The translations under genes and the position numbers were made by a program. Source: Octopus bimaculoides (lineage: Eukaryota). From it: a DNA stretch of 64,000 nucleotides. The notes under the pieces are model-generated. The model did no database searches, was not told where the DNA came from, and worked only from the letters and a program-made list of their open reading frames with translations. The stretch covers positions 59,710,384 through 59,774,383 of the forward strand of contig NC_068986.1 in assembly GCF_001194135.2 (NCBI RefSeq), read 5' to 3'. Of the stretch, positions 1 through 12,245 are shown piece by piece. Numbering within the stretch: the first letter of the stretch is position 1; every line of letters starts with the position of its first letter.

Positions 1-149
1 TTGTCTGGTTTTATAATCAATACACAACAGTTTTCTGTAAATATTTTCTTGCACTTATTTTCCCCGTGGGACAGATGAGGTATATTATTGAAATTTGGAT
101 ATTTTTGACATAAATTGTTGAAGTTAGTATTTTACACATGTGGATTCTC

Positions 150-765
150 TGAATGCTAACTAATCAAATATGAAGTTATGCCAGGTACAACATCCCCCCC
201 ACACACACACTAGCATGCAATACATGACATCACACTTTGTAGACAGGATGACCTTCAAGTAAGAGCCACTAGCACATGGATCAGGGTTAGGGGTTTCCAG
301 CAGATCAACCCTTCCCCTGTCATCCAGTTTAACATTGCTACTGGACTTAGAGAAGGAAGCAGAGATGCTCATTGTTCAAGCCACAGATGGCTTTCACATG
401 ATTTTCTTTAGGATAGACTATGTATTGCAATCACGAGGCCCACACACTTGACCACCTACCTTCAGCAGTGACACCACTGGTATTGGTGACATACTGGTTA
501 GGGTAGTTGCAGTGGGCTGCTGGATGTCTCGGATATAATTGAGATCCACCTTGTTCGCACCATTCCGCATGGCTGTGATGGTTTGATATTGGAGTTTCTT
601 TCTCCTAGGTGGACCGCCTTTCATGCTGATGTGCTCCATCTCCTCAAAAGCACATGTTAGTTAAGACCCGGGAACAATAGTGGCTAAGAAGTGGTCCCAC
701 ACTCCTCAAGGCCCAGGAACTCCCACACCAACTCCTCACTACTGGATGCAGTTTAAAGTTTTATC
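150..765 (-). mobile_element. Probable 5' end (UTR/ORF remnants) of a decayed LINE, possibly RTE-X
   Basis: GC-richer block starting taaactgcatccagtagtgagg on the minus strand with broken ORFs (418-639, 160-372). No diagnostic motif was recognised. Confidence 0.3.
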
Positions 766-2179
766 TAGGACAGTATATTATGGTATAGAGCATGGTACTT
801 GATGAATTGAGCAGCAAGAAGCATAATTCTAAGTGATTTTGCTGAGGTCAACTCTGTCTTTCATCTTTCCAAAGACAATATAATAAAGTACCAGTCAAAT
901 AATGGGTTTGATATAATTGACTATAACCTCTTATATCTGAGATCTTTGTGCCTAAGTTAGAAATCAATGAATTTTCAATTTGTGAAGTGTTTAATCAGAT
1001 AAGTTAACTCCAGTACTTATTTTGAGTCTGGTACTTTTTCTACCAAACTCTTTTTGCTGGACAACTAAATTGCAAGGTTGTAAACAAACCAACACTGGTT
1101 GTCAAGAGGAGGTGTGGGAACAAACACAAAGATGCACACACACATACATATGACAAGCTTCCACACACCTAAAACCATGTGGTTGCAAAGTGAACATCTC
1201 AGCAACACAGTCAGGCCTGTCCTGTTCGTTTTTCTTTAAGAAGCTTTGAATGAAATTGAGTTGTTCAATCAATCATAGCAGATTACTGGTAATTATTTTA
1301 TCAACCTGATTAAAATGAAAAATAAAAGCTAAATTTGAAAAAATTTCACATACAGATTGAAGAAATGGAATGACTAAGAAGATATAGTATTTGTCTACAA
1401 ACATATAAGTTATGGGTTATATTTGTTGTAGGTATTTCATTTTGTCTGTATATAGAAAATTTTATTCTACACTGCCTCTCTTTAGCTTTTTCTTTTAAAA
1501 GTAGGTGACAGGCTCTTCTCAGAAAGTTATGTCATTCGGTGTGACATAAAGAAATTGAAATTAAGTACTTCAAATGCTATTGACACCTGTAGTAAGTTAC
1601 AGTCTGTCGCAAGCATTCAGGTTAGATCTTTGTCTAAAGATAAATATCTTCTTTGTTTCTTGGAAGCCCTGAAAAATGTCATAAATTTATTTTTCATCTC
1701 TGATTAGCACACGTAAAAAAAAAAAAAAATTTAAAAAAAAGATATAGTAGCTACCTTTAATGATATACCAAAACAATTGTGATGAAATTTTTAAAGACAA
1801 TATGGATATCAGAGAAATTATGTTACATTAAGACAACAATGCTGCAAGAATATAAATCCAATTGCAGATAACATATTGAAGTAGTAAAAATGGGAAATCA
1901 CTGCTACAACTCTATAAAACAACACATAGAATAGTTAAAGTCCTTTTGTTTTTCATTCCCCCAGGGTAAATAAGTAAATGAGGTCAAGAGAAACCAATGT
2001 TGTAAGTCATTCCAAAATAACTACTTCCAGCTCAGAATCTAACTTACTATCATAAAATTAAATATAATAAACTGGAAAGACCATGAGTGACATTTAACAA
2101 GTCAACAAGGATTTGAAGGTTGTATATAATAAAATGTCATTATATCAAAAGCAAATGTTAAGATTTTCTGTAAGCATTA

Positions 2180-2180
<1 letters not shown>

Positions 2181-2222
<42 letters not shown>

Positions 2223-2366
2223 CACACACATACATATATATATATGCATGTATGTATTATATATCTTATATATGTATATCAATTTATATATACATATATG
2301 TATATATCTGTGTGCGTGCATGTTTGTGTTATATATCATATATGTACACCCATCAATCTAGCATTA

Positions 2367-2437
<71 letters not shown>
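2181..2437. repeat. Compound (CT)n(AT)n and (TG)n microsatellites
   Basis: Directly visible. Confidence 0.95.
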
Positions 2438-2442
<5 letters not shown>

Positions 2443-5400
2443 GCACAAACACAGAGTGTATACAGAAAGACTGAAATAGATAGACACGGGAAAATGAAAG
2501 GAAGGAAGAGTGAGTTATACTAATTTCGATTTTCTTTTTCATCTAAATACTGAATATGATTTAATATTATTAAATCATAATAAAACAGTCATAACTACAA
2601 AAAAAAAAAAAATTGACAAGTCTTGTATGTTTTTAATTACTGAAGATAAAGTCAATAATAATTTCTATTTACATGCAAAAATTGTTAATGTGATAGATTG
2701 AGTGATTTCAGTAGTTTACAAATCTCTTTCCTTTAATTCAGCTGACAATGAGGACGTTATAAGAAAGTGAATTTTGCAGTAATTGTTGAGCAACTAAATT
2801 ACTGTTGGCAAAACTAGTGCAAAACTCTAAGAGGGAAAGTTGCACATGGATTTGTACATTAGCAATCTCTGTCTGACACACCATGGCATCCATATTTAGA
2901 ACCATCGTTATCATCATAATCAATAATAAACATAATCATCAATAATCAACAATACATTTCTGATAAAAATGTTTACAAACCTTGGAATAAAAGAAAATAT
3001 AAAACTGACTTGGGCAAAATTTCAATTTAGATATAAAAACCATCTAAACCAGCATTTTTTAATGGTCAGTGCCAATTCTATTACTCTAAGACAAGTTAGA
3101 TATTGATTAGAGTAGAAAGAGAGTAGCAATGGAATTATTTGATCTTGGTAATATCTGAAACACTGATTTATGTGGGAAACAAAATATTTATAAACAATCA
3201 TAAAAAAAAGATGCACATAACCAATTGTATACACAACCATTTATATATATAAATCTATATATATATATCCATTTTCCATGCAGGCATGTATTAGAAAGAG
3301 ATTTTTTAAAGCAGTGCCTTATGGTTGGATGCCCTTTCTATCACTGACCCTTTTAATCACCTAAACATTTGTTCGTAAGGATATATAAATGTTTATAGCT
3401 GCTATGAGTATTTGCATATTTTAGATTTATATATTAATGCTTATATATGTGAGTACATATATACTCCCATGCATATATACAAATATATATTGATAGGTGT
3501 ATTTTAAAGAGTGTATCTATATTTACATTATATAATAACATAGTATCTTATTCATTAACATGATTTAATATATCCAAAACATTCAAATTCTGCTGAGGTT
3601 GACTTTGCCTTTTCTCCTTTCGGGGTCAATAAATTAAATACCAGTTGTGTACTGGAGTCAATATAATTGACTGGCCCCTCCCCAAAAATTTCGTACCTTG
3701 ATCCTAGAGTAGAAAAGAATATATCCAAAACATAATTTTATATAAACTATAATGTTCTATGCTAGTATTATAAATAGAGTAGCATATTGCATTTTGCTAA
3801 ATGGTTTAGATGTGATTGTGTTTATTTTTCTCTGGGTTAAATTCTACAAATGGTCACTTAAAGTAATATATTAGCATAGGTTATTATATTTTAGTGCTTA
3901 TATTTTAGTGTGTTTTACATGCAAAGAATTATATTAACCAGTGTATATGAATTAGAAATATTTGCTACATATCATGAAATATCTTTTGGGAAACTTTAAT
4001 CTTCATTTTTCAATCGATGTTAACACATTCTTACATTTCTACATAGATAACTAACTTAATATGCACATAAAAATACATACACACAAACACATACAAACAC
4101 AGAAATACGTATGCATAAGGTACACACTCATAAGAAATAAAATTCACAAAAACTCATACAAAATGAATTGGTATATATTTAACAGAAACAAAATGGACAT
4201 CTTGAGGAAGTTTAAGCTTAATTCACCATTCTCACATTTAAAAAAAAGTCAGCCTCTGGATAAAACCAATAAGAGATAAATAAATGACTTAAGATGCACA
4301 GACATAAACACAAATATACAAAAGCAATCATAAACAAATATATATGTACATAAGAACTCCTACATATATATAGGCATATAAAAAGGTCACACAAAAATTT
4401 GAAATGAATTCTCACCTTCCTTAATAGTCTTTACAATTTTCTTGACTTTGGTAAATTTAATAGAAATACTACCTAAGAGATTCCCCTATTTAACTGATCA
4501 TCCCTATCTTCAATTTCCTTTTTTACCTACTCACCCTCCCTTCATAAATCTCTATTATAATTAGACTTAGTGGTGGCGGTAATAGTGATGGAAACAATAA
4601 AGATGAGAAAAAATTTTAAAATAAATGTAAAAAAGTTAAAAATGGAAGGATAAAGTGGAAGGCTTTCCATTTCATTGTTGTTATGAAATTATTTGTTTTC
4701 TGCAGTAGACACTTGAGGTAGAGTTTTGTTAGAAATAGATATTTTTTTAATCAAAATATCTGTTACTTTTTATAGTTTTGCTGTAGCTGGGCATCCAGCC
4801 ATAGAAATGAAATGCAAGAGCAAGACATGGCCCTCAAACCTGTCTATGAAAGCAATAACTCCAAATAAGGAGTGACTATCTATCTAGCTCATGCCAGCAA
4901 GATAAGCAGACATAAAATGATGATGATGATGATGATGACAAAAATGATACACAGATTACAGTTTTATTGAACAAATAATGTTAATCAATGGATGTTTTGA
5001 TGCTAATAGAACAGATTTTGCTATTGTCTACAAATATCAATTCCAAGTTATATAATGACAAGTGACAGACACATTAGCACATGATTCACACTATAGTATA
5101 CATTATTATGCAGATCATCACTGTTTTCCCAAGATTTTACTGTTTAGCCATTTAATTACCATATTCCTACTGAAATACATTGTTTGTTTCAAAAAAATTT
5201 TGAAATTACCTTGTTATTAATGAACTGGTGTTTGGAACATAAAATGAAATTTTAATGAAAGATTTTAATTTAGATCACTTTAAATCATGAAATTTGTATT
5301 GCCAATCCAGAGCAGTCTCAAGGGGTTGGTATCAAAAGGGTTAAACATATGTATGGTAAGCTGTAAACAGACACACACAAGATGACCACCTACCTGCATA

Positions 5401-6089
5401 CAGTCTTTGATACAACTAATACTTCCATCAAGTCAATAAACCTACATAGAACTTCCTGTTAATTTTATTACTGCCATGAACCAAATGTTGTTGTACAGCT
5501 TTGTGTCAGCTTTGATTGAATAAGCTTCTGGCCAAAGGCTTTCAATAATGATCATGATTTTTTAAAATATATATCAGTATATCCTTTTTTTTAAAATTTT
5601 ATTTAAGATGGTTGGGTGAATAATTTTCACATATACAAATGAAAATGGTTGCAACACATTAGATCAAAGTGTTGTTATTTACCAAGAAATTGACTGATAG
5701 CTACTTGGTACTATGCATGGTTCAGCCACAACATAGAAAAGCAAGCTGTAATTACAAATAAGACTGAAAGTGCAAAATCTATAGTTTCTTTTTAGCATTT
5801 GATAAGCAACCCCTACAGTATAGATATTTTCAAATTCTCAAATAAGCATTTCAAACTTTACAGTATCATCATTTTGAAATATCTGATTGGTTAAGAACAA
5901 ATATTTGCATATTTATTCTTAACACATCTGTACACTAGCCTACACTTGACTTTCTGTTCTCCATACAGAAGGTATCCTTAGAAAACTTTCCAATGTCTTT
6001 ATTTTAACTTGGTTAATGCATACTGTGTTAAAACATACATTATGTATCAAAAGTAGATGAACATCATTCCAGCAGTGATTCCTGAGAAC

Positions 6090-6128
6090 ATCAGATGCAT
6101 TTCAGGCTATTTGGCCCTCGTCAATGAC
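6090..6128 (-). ncRNA. Minimal type I hammerhead ribozyme motif (Penelope/retrozyme type) with C3U core change
   Basis: Minus strand reads GUCA-UUGACGA-GGGC(CAAAUA)GCCU-GAAA-UGCA-UC-UGAU. Stem I is GUCA/UGAU, stem II is GGGC/GCCU and the stem III is palindromic AUGCAU, with a UC cleavage site. Confidence 0.7.
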
Positions 6129-8029
6129 ATGCAGTTATTCAGCCCTGTGTATTTAATTAAAATAGTTAAAACAGCAATGCAGTTTCAGCTGCATACACCA
6201 AGTTTTTATTCAGCCTAACAGGCTTTCCACAACATCAATGAAAGTATTATTCAATTTCCTATATATATCAGAGAGGACTGATTTTGTCTAAGCATGTGAC
6301 TAACAAGAGCATATCATTGACAAGCCCAAAGCTGGATGAAATATGGGATGATGTTCATCTCACTCCAATATATATTGTACTTTTTAAAAAAAAGCATGCC
6401 TATGAATAAATTTTGTCTCAGACAGAAACAACAGCATCATGCCTTTCGAAGGTATATATATATGTTAAGTCTGATATGCAGATGGTGTCTTTATTTTAAA
6501 AATCATAACCAATGAATAATTTTCACATTATGTTCTTTAAACAACTATCAGTCTACTTAAATTATAAATAAAAGCAACAACACATTTAAAGATAAGTAAC
6601 TATCAGAAAGAGATCTATTTGTGGATATACTGAAGTACAGTGAATAAGAAGTTAATGATAAACTTATAATAGTTGAAAAAAACCCAACAATTTAAACTTA
6701 AGTATTCTTAGACAAGATACATTTCTTTACTTTCTTCAGTCAATGTAATCTACATGAGATATAGTTATGGAGCAAGATGTACAGTCAAATCAAATCTAGA
6801 AACATGTTATGAAACAAACTTCTTCACTGCATGGGCACAGAATACTAGACACTTTTGAAATGATTTTAGAAATTGAAGAGTTTTTATTGGAAGATAAAAG
6901 TATTTCTCATTCACTTAAGAGAAAAAAGCCAGCACTAAGTAGCTAAGTACTAGTCCTCAAAAACACTTGAGCTTAAGAGACATTTATATTTACAAATTTT
7001 CAATTGTTAAAAGCAAAGAGTTTGGAAATTTAGAATAAATGTTCAGAAGTTTAAAATAAGGGCACTAATTAAATAATGAAAAAGATAATCAAAGAAAGTG
7101 CTAATAAGCATTTGCTTCACACCTTATATTACAATGTAGCCTAACTCTACATTACCTATAATATTTCTAAGATTTAAGTGCAAAACTATTTAACAGAGTA
7201 ACATGATTTTAGTCTAATATTTTTTTACCTTGGGTTGGTGTACTTCATCTAGGTTCCTAAAGAAAAGATGAAAAATGTGTAGACTTTTCCTCATTGTATT
7301 AAGAGGGCAGTGAAGATCAAGAGAACAGAGAAGATCTTACTTGTGACATAATATCAAAAAGAAAGACTTACAAACATGCAGTTATTTTTAAGGCAATGCC
7401 AGTAAGTCTCTGTGTTTTCCATTTCAATGCAAGATTAGTTCTTCAAAGCCCATCCCATTATGTCCTAGTTGTAAAACTGTTAGGTTCCACTCTTCTGGAG
7501 CATACAACACTATGGAAAATATTAACAAGGGAAACTGCAAAGAAGGTACCAATGCACCCAACTTTTCTTTTATGAATTCCTTCACATATTTTGCCTTAAG
7601 AAATGTTAATACCTTCAGAGTCAGCACAGTAACAGCTGCAACTGAGAATAAACATATGTGGTAAATAATAAAAACCTTCACAAGTTACAAGAGCTTATCA
7701 TGAGTTCCATATTCAGAAGCATTAAATGAATCAAAGATAACATCCTATCAGTGATAGAATTTAGAGTCTGCCACTGGTAGCATTCTTAAAATAAAATAAC
7801 AGTTGTGTATTTGTTTAACTCACGGTGCACAGGTGCAAGCAGAAATAAATGTCCCAGCAAAACAAATAAAACATCAACTCTCAAACCCATTCATTATCTT
7901 ATTGATTCAGCCTTTTTGCATCTACTTTAAGTGATATTTTGAACTTAAATATTATATAGACATATATGCATATGCATGAGTGTTTATTTCAATTTGAAAT
8001 ATATTTTATATCAACATAAACAGACTTAC

Positions 8030-8146
8030 TCGACGAAATCGAAGCCAGCTGTCATGGTGGTACTCTAACTGACCATCAAAAGCACTTGGTAGTTGGTCTA
8101 CACCAATGTAAGACTGTAAGACATCAGGAGACTGCAACACCTCAAT
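8030..8146 (-). CDS. Host gene coding exon C (117 nt, phase 0 to 0), C-terminal end of Sec14-like domain
   Basis: Acceptor aatattttttgtttag and donor CGA|gtaagt. Translates IEVLQSPDVLQSYIGVDQLPSAFDGQLEYHHDSWLRFRR, the typical 'L..YI..DQLP..FGG.L.Y.H..W.RFR' motif ending the Sec14 domain of TRIO/kalirin/PLEKHG4/SESTD1-family proteins. Confidence 0.92.
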
Positions 8147-8215
8147 CTAAACAAAAAATATTAAGATGATTTAATTCAAAGATGCTTATTACATTGCATG
8201 TGTGCATGCATGCAT

Positions 8216-8247
8216 GAGAGAGAGAAAGAGAGAGAAGAGAGAGAGAA

Positions 8248-8300
<53 letters not shown>

Positions 8301-8395
8301 AAAGGGAGAGAGAGAGAGAGAAGAGGAAGAGAGAGAGAGAGAGAAAAGAGAGAGAGAGAAGAGAGAGAGAAGAGGAAGAGAGAGAGAGAGAGAAA

Positions 8396-8427
<32 letters not shown>

Positions 8428-8460
8428 AGAGAGAGAGAGAAGAAAGAGAGAGAGAAGAGA
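8216..8460. repeat. (GA)-rich compound microsatellite
   Basis: Directly visible. It is the source of the spurious ER/LS ORFs at 8176-8540. Confidence 0.95.
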
Positions 8461-9551
8461 GTTTCTGTGTGTGTACATGCAAGATAAATGTTAAATGGAA
8501 GAAGTCAATGGACTGCAGCTATGTTGGGGCACCATTTTAAAAAGTTTCAGTCAATTATACCAATCTCATACTTTTATCAGGTATGTACTAAGGGTTAATA
8601 AAGAACTTAGTAGAATGCAAGATAAATTTAACATGATAAGCATTTTAGTATATCAAGAAGAACCTCTTTGTCATGATGAAGATAAAAGTTGTAATTAGAA
8701 GGAAAATATGTTACAGCAAAGGCATTATGTAACACACATATCAAAGTATTTTTTTTAAAAATGTCCTACATCAAGATTGAACAATCCACATCATCATTTA
8801 CAAGATGCTTGTATATGATGTTGTGGATTAGTCTTTTTCTTATCATTCAGCAAACATTGCCTATTAGCAGAAATAGTATCTGCATCTAACAGCAAGGAAG
8901 AGAAAACAAATGGTGATGCTAGTCTTGTGAGTTCTAAAGTATGCAATGGTACGCTGGTGTGCTATGATATATAGCTCAATGTGTTGCAAAAACAAAAGTT
9001 TTTTTTTAAATTATGCATAGAACAGTTAAAGGTTGGACGAAAGAAAGAAATCTTATGAGGGCTAAGGTATAAAGAACTGCTGAAATCTGTTCTGAATGGT
9101 GATGAATTATCAAATCTTTATTTCCAAATTGGGAAGAAGAGGTTTAAATAAATAACAAGCTAGTCTAAAAGCTGAGTGTTGAAAGATAATGTTACCATTT
9201 CCTATAGTATTAAGCTTCTTAATCTGTAGTAGATATTCATCTTTATGTGGACTGGTCATATGTGAATTAATTGTATGTTATATGCTAGTGACAAAATTTG
9301 GACTAATACCCTCTATCTCACTTTGTTCCTTGGTTATCTATTGTCTTGGATATCCATACTCCAAAAGATGGGACAATATCCATAAATGCATGCACATGTT
9401 GAAAACAAATGCATGGATAATCATCCATAATATATAATTGCACATGGGCAGAGCCAGGATTTTAAATGAGAGATCCACTATTAGCCATTTAACTTGTGAA
9501 AATCACAAAATCAAAAATATATGTTAGATAATAATAACATTTGCAATGTGC

Positions 9552-9583
<32 letters not shown>

Positions 9584-9706
9584 AGATCCAAACCCTTTGA
9601 ATCCATACATGATACAGGGTGGGGGTGTTAAAATATACATGTTCTAGTATAAAAGTTAAGGCAAAAAATGGAAATAAAAAACTCAAGCAACAAATATTCT
9701 TCTTAC

Positions 9707-9811
9707 CTTAAGGGGTCCTTGGGCATCATAAAGTGGTGAACCAAAAATTAATGTTTGATCTAACTGGTTTGCTAAGATATAAATTGATCTGAACCCTTGT
9801 TCATTGTTTGA
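9707..9811 (-). CDS. Host gene coding exon B (105 nt, phase 0 to 0), Sec14-like domain
   Basis: Strong acceptor tttttttttttgctctttcag and donor AAG|gtaaga. Translates SNNEQGFRSIYILANQLDQTLIFGSPLYDAQGPLK and joins exons A and C in frame. Confidence 0.85.
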
Positions 9812-11769
9812 CTGAAAGAGCAAAAAAAAAAAAGAACATGAAATATCAATAGAGCAGAATGTTGTTCAGTTATAAATTCAACCTAAGTGGAACTGCTAAA
9901 AACCACTGGCGTACCAGATTGAATGTGTCACAGTATTTAGTTTTATTGGTCTATATTCAAAGTTGTAGTCCTACCATGACATTAAAAAAAGTACTCTTTT
10001 TTTTTGCCTCTAAAAATGATTACAGTTAATATTGACACTAGGTTAGAAATTTGTATTGGAGATGTCTTGTTATTGATATTATTATTACTTTTATTTCACA
10101 GGTTGTGAACAATAGTATTATTGCTTACAGGGTTTTAAAAATCCAATCATTGGTTCACTAAATTTCCAGTCATTGATCCTGACATTTTCACTTGCAAGAT
10201 ATCAGTTATCCTGAGGCTATTAAAATACTTGCCGAAACTACTGTATGCAATATGATCCAACCCAGAATTATGTGGTTTCAAAGTAAACTTTTTAACCACA
10301 CAGCCATACCTTGATAGAATCAATCCTATGGCATAAGTGATACTTGTTTTTGCTGTTCTTGTTGTTATTAATCCCAAACCAACCCTGATTGAGCAGACCA
10401 ATAACCAAAGACATTCCAGCTATGTTTATCACATTTTTTTGCGATGGGTAAGGAACTCAAAACAACATTATCAGTTGAGTTCTTTTCTAAGATAGTAGAG
10501 TGTGATTTAGGGGATATTTCTAGCAGGTCGAGTGAGCCTGTAGAAACTCTCTTGTTGGTTCTTTCCTATTTTTGTTGTCCCTAGAGGTATGACAGACAAT
10601 CCTGAATGGTATCTAAAGTGAGAACAGAATGGTGAAGCAAAGTATTGCCATATAATCAGGCTACTCTTCTAAACAATATGTTGATTGTGGGTCAATATGA
10701 AAGTCTCATATTGACTAATAATATTTGCTCCTCTACAAGAAATAGCAACCAAATCTCTCTCAAATCTAACTCTACCATCTTTAAAAAGAAAATAAAAAAG
10801 AAAAAAAGGAAAGGACCTATTGAATAATGTAGTCTGAGAATATATTTAATCACAGATCTGTCCAAGTAGGGTTGATCTAGGGTTAATCAATAACAATAAT
10901 CACTGATAGTAAAAAATAAAGACAAATACCTGCTCGGAATCAAACCACAATTGCTGACAGTAAACATCATTTGTATCTTTATGCTGATATCCAGTTAGTG
11001 CATTTAAAATACTTGCCTAGTCAACAATATAGCCATGATTCAATTCTCATTGTTATTTGTCTTTTTAAAATAGTATTTACAAAGATGTGTATGTGTGAGC
11101 ACGCTAACATATATGTGGATATGAGAAATGATGTTGTGTATAAATATTGAAGTACTTGATAAACATGTGTGTAAAGTGTGTAGAGACCATTGTGCATATG
11201 TGTGCAAATTAACTATGTGCTTAAACCAATAGTTACATACAAATGCAAACACACACAGAAAACATAAAGGAATAAAAATAAACGATGAAAAATATATATA
11301 TATATACATATGGAATATTGGTTTCAAATTTTGGCACAAGGCCAGCAATTTTGAGGAGGGGCTAAGTCAAAATACATCGATCCCAGTACTCAACTAGTAT
11401 TCATTTTATTGACCCTCAAAGGGTTACAGGCAAAGTTGACCTCAACAGAATTTGAATCCAGAAAGTAAAGATGGATGAAATGTCACTAAGCATTTTGCCT
11501 AGCGTGATAATGATTCTGCCAGCTCACTGCCTTCTACATGTAGAATATCAAAAACTAGTGAAAACAGCATCTTTCATGGATAAGTCACCATGTTATAAAA
11601 CAGAATTCAAAGAGATTGGTGGAGGTCTGCATCCTTACTCACAATGACAACTTAAAAGGTCAATAGAAAGATGACATAGCCCTAAGAAATCACTCCATTT
11701 TGTATCATTTTCTTTGCCTGGAGTGTACTGCCTCCATATAACAGAGATAAAGGTAATGATGCAGAGAAA

Positions 11770-12245
11770 AAGGATGTATATTAAAATATAATTGCACATG
11801 ATTAGAGCCAGGATTTTAAGTGAGAGATCCACTATTAGCCATTTAATTTGTGAAAATCACAAAATCAAAAATAGATAATAATAACATTTGCGTAGGGATG
11901 ATAAATGTGTGTGTGCATGTGTGTGTATAATATGTATAACAGATTGTAATAATGTGAATTCTCGTCCACTTGTATGTTGTTGTCAGCACTGTAATATTCT
12001 TGTCGCCAAGGATGTATATTAATATATAATTGCACATGGGTAGAGCCAGGATTTTAAGTGAGAGATCCACTATTAGCCATTTAATTTGTGAAAATCACAA
12101 AATCAAAAATAGATAATAATAACATTTGCATAGGGATGATAAATGTGTGTGTGCATGTGTGTGTATAATATGTATAACAGATTGTAATAATGTGAATTCT
12201 CGTCCACTTGTATGTTGTTGTCAGCACTGTAATATTCTTGTCACC
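11770..12245. repeat. 238 bp tandem duplication spanning flank plus the first ~63 bp of the Gypsy LTR
   Basis: 11770-12007 and 12008-12245 are near-identical. A third, more diverged copy of the flank part lies at ~9431-9550. Confidence 0.9.

Noticed and set aside
4416-4472. 57 nt exon-like segment (GSISIKFTKVKKIVKTIKEG) on the minus strand
   Set aside because: Phase 1-1 is incompatible with the phase-0 end of exon C, the acceptor is weak and there is no similarity to the expected spectrin-like repeat. The next host exon was not found in the window.
7424-7681. 85 aa hydrophobic minus-strand ORF resembling a transporter segment
   Set aside because: No coherent splice sites, and it does not continue the Sec14 frame after exon C. 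No family was recognised.
8176-8540. ER-rich and LS-rich ORFs of 97-112 aa
   Set aside because: Translations of the (GA)n microsatellite. The same applies to the YI/VC/TH ORFs at 2113-2542, 15732-16172, 18184-18585 and 63110-63799, some of which run through N gaps.
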